55,853 nucleotides of DNA from a bacterium (GTDB lineage Bacteria; Verrucomicrobiota; Kiritimatiellia; CAIKKV01; CAITUY01): the NCBI GenBank assembly GCA_037134355.1, contig JBAXMJ010000004.1, positions 1 to 55,853 on the forward strand, read 5' to 3'. The notes beneath the pieces were generated by a model. It worked only from the letters and a program-made list of their open reading frames with translations, was not told the origin of the DNA and ran no database searches. A program made the position numbers and the translations under genes. Of this stretch, positions 43,927 to 52,367 are shown piece by piece; position 1 is the stretch's first letter; each line of letters opens with the position of its first letter.

Positions 43927-45252
43927 ATGAGCTCACAACAATCAAAGAGCATCACGGTGTCGCCTTGCCCGCGTATGCAGGGCGTTTTGTCAGTTCCGGG
44001 AGACAAGAGTATTTCGCACCGGATTGCCATGCTGGCCTCTTTGGCCTCAGGCACGTCAACGGTTCGGGGATTTCTCCGGAGTGAGGACTGCGTGACGATT
44101 CTTGAAGCCATGACCCGGTTGGGTGCGCGAGCCGAATTCACGGGAGGGGCACTCCGGATCACGGGAACCGGGGGCCCGTTTCAATGTCCTGCCGCCGTGT
44201 TGGATATGGGAAATTCAGGGACCGGTATCCGGTTGCTGGCCGGATTGCTGGCTGGACAGGCTTTCACCACCGAAATGACGGGTGATGCCTCCCTGCGTTC
44301 GCGCCCCATGCGCCGCGTTTCTGAACCGCTGATTCGGATGGGGGCCACCGTCGAATTGTTGGGAAAGAACGGGTGCGCGCCGATACGGATCACGGGCGGA
44401 GCCCTGCGCGGGATCGAGTATGCTCCGCCGGTCGCCTCGGCCCAGGTGAAGTCCTGTGTGCTGTTTGCCGGCTTGTTTGCAGAGGGGCGTACCACAGTCG
44501 TGGAGACCAGTCCCACGCGTGACCATACGGAGCGGCTGCTGACGGCGATGGGCGTTCCGGTCAGGGTGGATGGGCTTAAGGTTTCCCTGCTGGGCTATGG
44601 CGCCGCAGGGCCGAAAATCGCAGCCCGCGCCTGGAATGTGCCCGGTGATATTTCCTCCGCCGCGTTCTGGATCACTGCTGCAGCCTGCCGCGAGGGATGG
44701 TCGTTTGAATTGCCCGGTGTGGGCTGGAATCCCCGTCGGAATGCCCTGGTCTCGGTTTTGCGGCGCATGGGGGCCTCCATTCATTTTGAGGCAAGTACCG
44801 ATGCCACAGCCTGCGAGGACATGGGGACGATTCGCGTCGAGGGGCGGCGGCTTCACGGAACCGAGGTCTGCGGTGCTGAGATTCCTGACCTGATTGATGA
44901 ACTTCCGCTGGTCGCCGTGGCTGGTGCGCTCGCAGAGGGGCGTACGGTTATCCGGGACGCCGCCGAGTTGCGGGTGAAGGAGTCCGACCGGATCCGAAGC
45001 GTAGTGGACAATCTTGCCCGGATGGGGGTCAAGGTGGAAGAGTGCCCCGACGGGATGGTTATTGAGGGCCCGGCAACGGTGCGGGGTGGAGTGACGATTG
45101 ACAGCTACGGCGATCATCGGCTCCCGATGGCGATGACCATTCTTGCCCTGTCAGCCGATGCGCCGGTGCGACTGGATGATATCGCCTGTGTGAACAAATC
45201 CTATCCGGAATTCTGGGATGATCTAAGAAAGGTTGGCGGCCATGCCGAATAA
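43927..45252 (+). CDS. aroA: 3-phosphoshikimate 1-carboxyvinyltransferase (EPSP synthase, class II-like motifs)
   Basis: VPGDKSISHRIAMLASLASG, LDMGNSGTGIRLL, RVKESDR, DHRLPMA. Start at ATG 43927. Confidence 0.92.
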   Translation: MSSQQSKSITVSPCPRMQGVLSVPGDKSISHRIAMLASLASGTSTVRGFLRSEDCVTILEAMTRLGARAEFTGGALRITGTGGPFQCPAAVLDMGNSGTGIRLLAGLLAGQAFTTEMTGDASLRSRPMRRVSEPLIRMGATVELLGKNGCAPIRITGGALRGIEYAPPVASAQVKSCVLFAGLFAEGRTTVVETSPTRDHTERLLTAMGVPVRVDGLKVSLLGYGAAGPKIAARAWNVPGDISSAAFWITAAACREGWSFELPGVGWNPRRNALVSVLRRMGASIHFEASTDATACEDMGTIRVEGRRLHGTEVCGAEIPDLIDELPLVAVAGALAEGRTVIRDAAELRVKESDRIRSVVDNLARMGVKVEECPDGMVIEGPATVRGGVTIDSYGDHRLPMAMTILALSADAPVRLDDIACVNKSYPEFWDDLRKVGGHAE

Positions 45253-45925
45253 AGTGATCGCAATCGATGGGCCGTCGGCCTCGGGGAAATCAACTGTGGC
45301 GCGGCAGGTGGCGGCGGGACTTGGGTATCAGTATGTGGATTCCGGAGCCCTGTATCGGGGGATTGCCTGGAAAGCGGCCGGGATGGGATGCGATCCCGCG
45401 AAGTCGGTTGATGTGGTGGCCGCCATGGAGCGTATGCAGGTTTATTTTTTTGTCGAGGCGGGCGCGGTGCGGTACCGGATTGACGGGGTTGAGCCCCGGG
45501 CCGAGATTCGGACCGAACGCGTGAGCGAGCAGGTCAGTTGGGTGGCGGCGATTCCTGAAGTGAGGGCGCAGGTCACAAAATGGCTTCGGGATATGACGCG
45601 GTTTGGGAATTTGGTGATGGAAGGGCGCGACATAGGAACGGTGGTGTTTCCCGATGCGGACGCGAAATTTTATCTCGACGCGAGTCCTGAGGAACGCGCC
45701 CGGCGGCGTCATGCGGAACTCAAGCCAGCCGGGGAAAAAGCTGATGTCAACCGGGTCATGGATTCCTTGAAAACACGCGATCAACGTGATTCCGGAAGGA
45801 AAACCGCTCCTCTTAAACTTTCGCCAGATGCCCGGGTAGTTGATACAACCGGCCTTTCCATTGATCAGGTTGTGGAACAGATTTTTCGCTTACTCGGTCA
45901 GAATTCTGAACAGAGGAGACCATGA
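45242..45925 (+). CDS. cmk: Cytidylate kinase
   Basis: VIAIDGPSASGKSTVAR, DSGALYR, EGRDIGTVVFPDA. ATG 45242 overlaps the aroA end; the ORF track begins at TTG 45233. Confidence 0.92.
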   Translation: MPNKVIAIDGPSASGKSTVARQVAAGLGYQYVDSGALYRGIAWKAAGMGCDPAKSVDVVAAMERMQVYFFVEAGAVRYRIDGVEPRAEIRTERVSEQVSWVAAIPEVRAQVTKWLRDMTRFGNLVMEGRDIGTVVFPDADAKFYLDASPEERARRRHAELKPAGEKADVNRVMDSLKTRDQRDSGRKTAPLKLSPDARVVDTTGLSIDQVVEQIFRLLGQNSEQRRP

Positions 45926-46584
45926 TGAACACCAAGAATAAGGGCATGCTGGAAAGAATTTCGAGTAAGCGGATTGTTCCGGTGATTGTTCTGGATCGGG
46001 AGGATCAGGCTGAGCCGCTGGCGGAGGCTTTGCTTAAGGCCGGGTTGGACATCATGGAAATCACATTCCGGACGACGGCGGCGGAAGCTGCCATCCGGCG
46101 GATTGCCAAGCGGTTCCCTGAAATTCTGCTGGGTGCGGGGACGATTCTGGATGGTGAGCAAGTGAAGCGTGCGGCGGATGCCGGTGCCTGCTATGCCCTG
46201 GCGCCGGGATTGAATGAAGCCGTGGTGAAGGCGGCCGGTCAGGCTGGTCTCATGATGTTTCCCGGAGTGATGACGCCGTCCGAGGTGGAGTTGGCGTTGT
46301 CGTTGGAGTGTCGGATCCTGAAGTTCTTTCCCGCCGAGGCGGCAGGCGGGGTCACGATGTTGAAGGCACTGGAAGGGCCCTATGCCCATACGGGAGTTAA
46401 ATTTATACCCACAGGCGGGATTGGCCTGAAAAACATGGGCTCCTATCTGGAGCGTCCCTCTGTCGCGGCCATTGGCGGGTCGTGGATCGTAGAGAAGAAG
46501 CTGATTGCTGCCAAAGACTGGAAAACCATTGAACAGTTGACTCGCGAAGCACTCGCGATGGCGGCTGCCGTGAGCGTACGATGA
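45922..46584 (+). CDS. eda: KDPG / 4-hydroxy-2-oxoglutarate aldolase
   Basis: IVPVIVLDREDQAEPLAEALLKAGLDIMEITFRT, GAGTIL, KFFPAEA..G, PTGGI. ATGA overlap with cmk. Confidence 0.9.
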   Translation: MMNTKNKGMLERISSKRIVPVIVLDREDQAEPLAEALLKAGLDIMEITFRTTAAEAAIRRIAKRFPEILLGAGTILDGEQVKRAADAGACYALAPGLNEAVVKAAGQAGLMMFPGVMTPSEVELALSLECRILKFFPAEAAGGVTMLKALEGPYAHTGVKFIPTGGIGLKNMGSYLERPSVAAIGGSWIVEKKLIAAKDWKTIEQLTREALAMAAAVSVR

Positions 46585-47873
46585 CGATGAGCATTGATTC
46601 ATTGGGTGTGGCGAAGTTTCCCTCGCCAGTACGGTGGGCGGTAAACGGGGCGACCCGGATTCCGTACCGGATTGCGCGCGAGGCCGGAGCGGGCCTGAGC
46701 GACGATATTGACTTTGAAATCGCCGGGCCCCGCAAGGATCTGTTTTTCAATCCCGCCCGGGTGCGGGCGGCTATGGTGACCTGCGGCGGGTTGTGCCCGG
46801 GACTCAACAACGTCATCCGGTCGCTTTACTATGAACTGACCCATGCGTACGGCGTGCCCGAGGTGTATGGATTTCAGTACGGCTATCAGGGTCTGGATCC
46901 GGCGCGAGGCGGCGACCCGATCCGGTTGACTGACGAGTTTGTGGACCCCATTCACAAGCGTGGCGGAACGGTGATAGGCACTTCACGCGGGCCGGTGGAT
47001 CCCGTGGTGGCGGTGGACAATCTTGTGTGGCGCGGCATCAATATTCTTTTCTGTGTGGGTGGCGATGGCACCCAGCGCGGCGCCCTCGCGTTGCACCAGG
47101 AGGCGGAGCGACGGGGCTACCCGCTGGCGGTGGTGGGGATTCCCAAGACGATAGACAATGATGTCGGATTCGTGGCCCGGACCTTTGGCTATTCCACGGC
47201 TGTGGAGGCGGCTCGTGATATCATTGACAGCGCCCACATGGAGGCCCGGAGCGTTGAGAACGGGATCAGCCTGGTGAAGGTCATGGGGCGGCACGCGGGA
47301 TATATCGCGGCTGGGGCCACGATCGCGAGTCAGGATGTGAACTTTACGCTGGTTCCCGAGGTGCCCTTTGTGTTGGATGGAGAGGGTGGTTTTCTGGACG
47401 CCCTTACCCGGCGCATCCGCAAGCGTTCCCATGCGGTGATTGTGGTGGCTGAAGGGGCCGGGCAGGATCTTCTGGACCGGTCGGGAGGAGAGACTGACGC
47501 TTCGGGTAATATCAAGCTTCAGGATATAGGCCCGTTTCTGCGCCAACGTATCGAGTTGCATTGCAAGGGAGCCGGGATTCCTGTGGCGGTTCGGTATTTT
47601 GATCCCAGTTATGTGATCCGGAGCCGTCCGGCGAATTGCGAGGATGCGATTCTCTGCGATCTCTATGCCCGGAATGCCGTGCATGCCGCCATGGCAGGTA
47701 AGACAGGGTTGGTGATCGGGCATCTTCATGAAACCTTCATCCACGTTCCTGTTGAGGCCCTTGTCGCCGAAAAGAAAAGGCTCAATCCCGAGGGCGGTTG
47801 GTGGCATGCTGTATTGGCGACAACCGGTCAGCCGGAACAATTCGGTCCCCCGGCGGCATCAGGAAAACCCTGA
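46581..47873 (+). CDS. pfkA: 6-phosphofructokinase, predicted ATP-dependent (long, plant/trypanosome-like type)
   Basis: MVTCGGLCPGLNNVIR, VGGDGTQRGA (Gly-Gly-Asp-Gly), IPKTIDNDV, MGRHAGYIA. ATGA overlap with eda. Confidence 0.85.
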   Translation: MTMSIDSLGVAKFPSPVRWAVNGATRIPYRIAREAGAGLSDDIDFEIAGPRKDLFFNPARVRAAMVTCGGLCPGLNNVIRSLYYELTHAYGVPEVYGFQYGYQGLDPARGGDPIRLTDEFVDPIHKRGGTVIGTSRGPVDPVVAVDNLVWRGINILFCVGGDGTQRGALALHQEAERRGYPLAVVGIPKTIDNDVGFVARTFGYSTAVEAARDIIDSAHMEARSVENGISLVKVMGRHAGYIAAGATIASQDVNFTLVPEVPFVLDGEGGFLDALTRRIRKRSHAVIVVAEGAGQDLLDRSGGETDASGNIKLQDIGPFLRQRIELHCKGAGIPVAVRYFDPSYVIRSRPANCEDAILCDLYARNAVHAAMAGKTGLVIGHLHETFIHVPVEALVAEKKRLNPEGGWWHAVLATTGQPEQFGPPAASGKP

Positions 47874-48206
47874 CCTAAAATCAGGATATTTCTGATTGCG
47901 GGAATTCCTGTCCAGGATGATGATGCGAATTGTCAGCGGTTGAGGTGGTGATAGTCTTTAGTGATGTCACATCCCCCTGTGGCAGATAGCTCATAGCTGT
48001 TCCTCCGCAAGTTATGGCACGAGCGTCCCCCCCCACCTCACCGCTGATTTTTTTTTGTCACCAGCCCCCTCCGTTGATACAGTATGAGGCATGGCGCTTT
48101 GATGGCCTTCGATTCGACGCGTTTGACGCCTGTTGCAGGGGGATGGCATCATCCGGATTTTCACTATGAGATGGTTATTATCAGGCAAGAGCAACTGAGG
48201 TTGAAA

Positions 48207-49859
48207 ATGTTTCAGCGACTGAAGAAACTTTGGGTTGCGCTGGTTCTGGCGGCGGGGTGGTTTGGTGCCGGAGGAGCGGTCGCCGGGGTAGCGCCCGCCT
48301 TTGTCCCGCCAGGGGGTCTTGCCCCTTCCAATACGCCCCAGATTATTCTTTTGACCTTTGATGATTCCGTCACATCTAATTCACTCCGTTTGGTGCAGGG
48401 AATTCTGACAAACCATGTGAACCCGAACGGGGATCAGATCAAGGCAACGTTTTTTGTTTCGCTCGATGCAGTAGTTGATTATGGGTGTGTGAACAAGCTG
48501 TATGCGGCAGGGCATGAAATTTCGGTTCATACAATGACGCATTCCACATCCACCAATACGGGGCTCGCCACTTGGAGGCAGGAGATTGTGGGATGCCGAA
48601 AGGCCCTTTCCCAGTATGCGGCGATTCCTTTGGATGACATTGTGGGATTCCGCGCGCCTTATCTGAAATTCAATAACGCCATGTTCCAGCTTCTGGGTGA
48701 GCGGGGATTCCGGTATGATTCCAGTCTGTTGGAATGGCCGGGCAGTGCCAGCACCAATGCGGCGAATTACCTGTGGCCGTATACGCTGGAGGGGGGCGTG
48801 GTGCAGTCGAACAGCACCGGGGCTTTTCTGATCGACCCCGTGCCTGGGCTGTTTGAGATTCCGCTGTGGAATCAGGTCACTTCCGGGGTGTCCGCGGCGT
48901 CTATGGATCCGCCTGATTCCATGGATTCCAACACGGTTTCTGCCCTCTGGAAGACTAACTTCCTGTTGCATTATGACGGCAATCGCGCCCCGTACGGTAT
49001 TTATCTTCACGCCACGACGACCAATCAATGGTTGTCGAAGACGAATACTCAATGGAGGAGTGATGTCCTGAATGAGTTTATTGAGTGGGCTCAAGACCAT
49101 ACCAACGTCTGGTTTCTTACTATGCGGGATCTGGCCGATTTTATGTTGAGTCCGGTGTCGTCCGATCAAGCCTTGACGGCGACGATGTTCCAGACGACGA
49201 CAGGGACTCCATCCGCTGTGGCTTTCTGTCGGAATGTGGGCCTTAATGTGTGTGGAGACTGTCCTCCAGCCCGTCCGAGGCCAACGAGTGTGTATTGCGA
49301 GGCGGCTCCTATTTCAGGTGGCGTACTGACGATGGCTGTGACGACTAACTCTTCCTGGTTGGAGTACCATCTTGCTTATACTAACGATACCACTGAGGCT
49401 GCGGAGGACTGGGAGGCGGTGTTCGAGTTTTCGACGAATTATGTTTTTGGAAGTGCCCAGTCAAGTACGGCTTTGATGGAGACCAATGGGGGGATGATCC
49501 GGATGACCCTGTGGCCGAAAGCTTACCGGTTGCCCTTGGTAGCTGGCGCGACCGAGACGAGCGTCTATTTCAGCGTCAAGGGACACACCTCCACGAATGT
49601 CCAGTTGGTTTCAATCTCCCTGGCGGGACTTCGTCCGATCCGGCCCCAGATTCTGGGATTTTCGGCGGCATCCAGTGGGGTTTTTGAGGTGGTGTGGGAT
49701 GATTCCGCCTACGGCTATTCCCCGGAAGTCTCCACCAATCTTGTTGCCAACGCCTGGTGGTCCGCCACCAATCAGACTCTGTATGGTGCCACGAACTGGG
49801 CCTGGTCGCCCTCCGGGGCGGCCACCAACGCCTTTCTCCGTATTCGCGGCGTTCCGTGA
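48207..49859 (+). CDS. Secreted polysaccharide deacetylase (CE4/NodB domain) with C-terminal domain of unknown function
   Basis: Signal peptide MFQRLKKLWVALVLAAGWFGAGGAVAG. NodB motifs LTFDDS and HEISVHTMTH. About 250 C-terminal residues that I cannot assign. Start at ATG 48207 inside ORF 48084-49859. Confidence 0.8.
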   Translation: MFQRLKKLWVALVLAAGWFGAGGAVAGVAPAFVPPGGLAPSNTPQIILLTFDDSVTSNSLRLVQGILTNHVNPNGDQIKATFFVSLDAVVDYGCVNKLYAAGHEISVHTMTHSTSTNTGLATWRQEIVGCRKALSQYAAIPLDDIVGFRAPYLKFNNAMFQLLGERGFRYDSSLLEWPGSASTNAANYLWPYTLEGGVVQSNSTGAFLIDPVPGLFEIPLWNQVTSGVSAASMDPPDSMDSNTVSALWKTNFLLHYDGNRAPYGIYLHATTTNQWLSKTNTQWRSDVLNEFIEWAQDHTNVWFLTMRDLADFMLSPVSSDQALTATMFQTTTGTPSAVAFCRNVGLNVCGDCPPARPRPTSVYCEAAPISGGVLTMAVTTNSSWLEYHLAYTNDTTEAAEDWEAVFEFSTNYVFGSAQSSTALMETNGGMIRMTLWPKAYRLPLVAGATETSVYFSVKGHTSTNVQLVSISLAGLRPIRPQILGFSAASSGVFEVVWDDSAYGYSPEVSTNLVANAWWSATNQTLYGATNWAWSPSGAATNAFLRIRGVP

Positions 49860-49893
49860 TCACTCCTTGTGTATTGTCCGCATTAAACGAGTG

Positions 49894-49921
49894 TTGACTT
49901 CCGTTTCAGTCGTGTTACGAT
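49894..49921 (+). promoter_or_regulatory. Sigma70-like promoter for the OMP-cbiM operon
   Basis: TTGACT (49894-49899), 16-nt spacer, TACGAT (49916-49921). GAGGAAGG Shine-Dalgarno at 49944-49951 and ATG at 49959. Confidence 0.45.
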
Positions 49922-49940
49922 CCTACAACTTAATAACACG
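49911..49940 (+). promoter_or_regulatory. Candidate NikR operator (7-bp perfect inverted repeat, 16-bp spacer)
   Basis: CGTGTTA (49911-49917), N16, TAACACG (49934-49940), overlapping the -10 element. Same half-site/N16 architecture as the E. coli NikR operator GTATGA-N16-TCATAC. nikR is encoded 2.8 kb downstream. Confidence 0.4.
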
Positions 49941-49958
49941 ATTGAGGAAGGGCGGATT

Positions 49959-50732
49959 ATGGTGGTGAGGCGATTTTGGGTGGTGTGCGTGATCAGTATT
50001 GCGGCCGGAGTGGTCTGGGCGGGACGTCCGCTAGTCATTGATGATGCGGATCCTGTCGGGACGGGTGAAGCCGAGATCGAGGCGGGTGTTGCCTACCAGG
50101 GCGTGCCGGACTGCAGACACTGGGATTATCCGGTGGGTATTGCCGTCGGGCTGGTTCCCGGCGTGGAGGCCGGAATGGGATTTGGCGGCCAGTTTGAGCA
50201 ACGCGAGGACGTGCTGGGCGAGCCGGGGGCGGGTGGGGATCACAGCACTCACGGCGTGGGTGACCTCATGGCGGGAGCCAAGTGGCAGTTTACCGGCGAA
50301 TGCCCGCTCGGCGCACGCCATGCTCTGGCGCCTTCGGTGAAGCTTCCCACTGCGGATGAGGACAAGGGACTGGGGAGCGGCGAAGCGGATTACGACCTCA
50401 CGTGGATTGCCTCGCGTTCCCTTGGTGAAAAGGCGGGGATCCATCTGAATGCAGGTTACTCGTGGATTGGCGGCCCGGAAGGGGATGTGGTGCATGGGGG
50501 GCTTGCGGTGGATATCCAGTTGACGCCTTCCGTCCAGTGGGTTGGCGAGACCTATGTTGAGAAGGAGCGTGATCCGGGGGCTGAAAGCTCAGCCATGGTG
50601 AACACGGGGATCCGATGGGCTTTCAGCGAGGCGATCATGTTTGATGCGGCGGCTGGCACGAAACTGTATGGAGATGAGGCGCCGGATTTCATCGGGACAG
50701 CCGGTGTGACCTGGTTGATTGGAGGAGGCTGA
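49959..50732 (+). CDS. Outer-membrane beta-barrel protein (MetA-pathway/'transporter' family-like)
   Basis: Signal peptide VVCVISIAAGVVWAG, then PLVIDDADPVGTGEAEIEAGVAY and alternating beta-strand-like segments. Ends 3 nt before cbiM. Confidence 0.55.
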   Translation: MVVRRFWVVCVISIAAGVVWAGRPLVIDDADPVGTGEAEIEAGVAYQGVPDCRHWDYPVGIAVGLVPGVEAGMGFGGQFEQREDVLGEPGAGGDHSTHGVGDLMAGAKWQFTGECPLGARHALAPSVKLPTADEDKGLGSGEADYDLTWIASRSLGEKAGIHLNAGYSWIGGPEGDVVHGGLAVDIQLTPSVQWVGETYVEKERDPGAESSAMVNTGIRWAFSEAIMFDAAAGTKLYGDEAPDFIGTAGVTWLIGGG

Positions 50733-50735
50733 TTC

Positions 50736-51863
50736 ATGCACATGGCAGATGCGTTGATTTCGCCTGAGGTGGGCGGGGCGATGTGGGCGGTGACGGCCGG
50801 AGTGATGGCGTGGTGTGCCCGGAAGGTGAAGGAAACCCGGGATGACCGGCTGATTCCGATGATGGGGGTTCTGGGTGCCTTTATCTTTACGGCCCAGATG
50901 CTGAATTTTTCAATTCCCGTAACGGGGTCGAGCGGGCACCTGGGCGGGGGCTTGATCCTCGCGGTTCTTCTGGGACCTTATGCCGCCTTTCTGGTGATTG
51001 CGTCGGTGCTGACGGTGCAAGCCTTGTTTTTTGCCGATGGCGGATTGCTGGCCCTGGGTTGTAATATTTTCAATTTGGGGTTTGCCCCTGCGTTTATTGC
51101 GTATCCACTACTTTACAAGTGGATTGCCGGGAAAGATCGGGTTGGCGCGCGGGCATGGGCTGCTGCGATGGTGGCGGCGATTGTGGGATTGCAACTGGGT
51201 GCCTTCGGGGTGGTGGTGGAGACGAGGTTGTCTGGTATCTCCGAATTACCGTTCGAAGCCTTTGTTCTGATTATGCAACCCATCCACCTGGCGATTGGCA
51301 TTGTGGAAGGATTGGCGACGGCGGTCGTGGTTGCGTTTGTGGCCCGCGCCCGCCCGGAGGCACTCGAGGTGGACGCCGAGGTGGACCGAGACCTCCGGGC
51401 GCGGTCCGTGGATGTGTTGTGCCCCAAGGCCACTGACGCCGCCCGGCTCGTGCTACGTAGCGAAGGTACTCTACTTCGCAGAGTAGTAAGGTCGGCGCCC
51501 ACCTTGCTGATAGGTTTTTTAATTGCGGCGACGATTCTCGGCGGGGTAGCCAGTTGGTTTGCATCCACCCATCCCGATGGGCTGGAATGGTCGATTGCCA
51601 AGGTTACCGGCAAGGAGGAGTTTGCGGGCAAAGCAGTTGGAGTGCATGAGAAATTGGCGGTGGTTCAGTCAAGGACGGCCTTTCTTCCAGACTACGGGTT
51701 CGGAAAGCAAAATGTTTTCGCAGACCCTGTCGGATCTGCTCCCGAACCGTGGCCAAGAGTGAATGCCGGAACCTCAGTCTCAGGCCTTGTTGGAGGGGCG
51801 CTTGTGCTGGTCTTTTCCGTTCTGATCGGTGTTGTTCTCAGAGCACGCGGGAAGCCCGTCTAA
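50736..51863 (+). CDS. cbiM: ECF-transporter Ni/Co substrate-capture component CbiM/NikM fused to a PDGLE domain
   Basis: N-terminus MHMADALISP (MH-x-x-D-G-type metal-binding N-terminus), SGHLGGG, FFADGGLLALGCNIFN. C-terminal extension with a TM helix plus literal HPDGLEW (aa 279-285, nt 51570-51590) and a final TM helix. Confidence 0.85.
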   Translation: MHMADALISPEVGGAMWAVTAGVMAWCARKVKETRDDRLIPMMGVLGAFIFTAQMLNFSIPVTGSSGHLGGGLILAVLLGPYAAFLVIASVLTVQALFFADGGLLALGCNIFNLGFAPAFIAYPLLYKWIAGKDRVGARAWAAAMVAAIVGLQLGAFGVVVETRLSGISELPFEAFVLIMQPIHLAIGIVEGLATAVVVAFVARARPEALEVDAEVDRDLRARSVDVLCPKATDAARLVLRSEGTLLRRVVRSAPTLLIGFLIAATILGGVASWFASTHPDGLEWSIAKVTGKEEFAGKAVGVHEKLAVVQSRTAFLPDYGFGKQNVFADPVGSAPEPWPRVNAGTSVSGLVGGALVLVFSVLIGVVLRARGKPV

Positions 51864-51882
51864 CGTTATATTTCAGCAATTC

Positions 51883-51998
51883 TTATGATGGCCGATGAGC
51901 AATGTCAAAGACCGGCTAAAGCCGGTACACCAACGCCGGAATGCGATGTTGGTCGGCCCGTTGGTGTACCGCCTTCAGGCGGTCTTCGGTCATCATGA
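51883..51998. repeat. Composite ~115-bp palindromic (REP/MITE-like) element
   Basis: Arms GACCGGCTAAAGCCGGTACACCAACG (51910-51935) and CGTTGGTGTACCGCCTTCAGGCGGTC (51959-51984) are inverted copies, and each contains its own hairpin. Outer flanks TTATGATGGCCGA and TCGGTCATCATGA are also inverted. Confidence 0.7.
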
Positions 51999-52073
51999 GA
52001 ATGGTTGTCCATTTTGCTTGATATATAACTATTATGGTTGTATTCTGATGCAAATACACATCAGAGGTGAAAT

Positions 52074-52367
52074 ATGGCGTCGTTGACTCTTAGAGATATT
52101 CCGGATGAAGTGATGGATACGATTAAGGTGCTATCCAAGCGGGAACGCCGTAGCTTGAATAAGGAGTTTATCGTTGTTGTTGAGCGGGGGGTCCGGTCAT
52201 CGCTGGAGGATGCCGGTCACGCGGGAACGAAGCATCATATCCCCCGGAACCTGCAGGATGACATATGGAAGGATTTGTGCGGAAAATGGGAGGATACCCG
52301 TTCCACTAAAGAGATTGTGTCTGATATTCGTGATCAGCGGACTTTGGGACGCGAGGTGCGCTTGTGA
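52074..52367 (+). CDS. vapB: Ribbon-helix-helix antitoxin (VapB/FitA-like)
   Basis: MASLTLRDIPDEVMDTIKVLSKRERRSLNKEFIVVVE is an RHH pattern. 4-nt overlap with the PIN toxin gene. Confidence 0.8.
   Translation: MASLTLRDIPDEVMDTIKVLSKRERRSLNKEFIVVVERGVRSSLEDAGHAGTKHHIPRNLQDDIWKDLCGKWEDTRSTKEIVSDIRDQRTLGREVRL

Noticed and set aside
47878-47898. Hairpin AATCAG-gatattt-CTGATT just after the pfkA stop, considered as a terminator.
   Set aside because: The stem is only 6 bp and AT-rich, with no following U-tract. The evidence is not convincing.
51895-52086. 63-aa + strand ORF between cbiM and vapB.
   Set aside because: It is made almost entirely of the palindromic repeat element. It has no Shine-Dalgarno sequence and runs into the vapB start. 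It is most likely non-coding.
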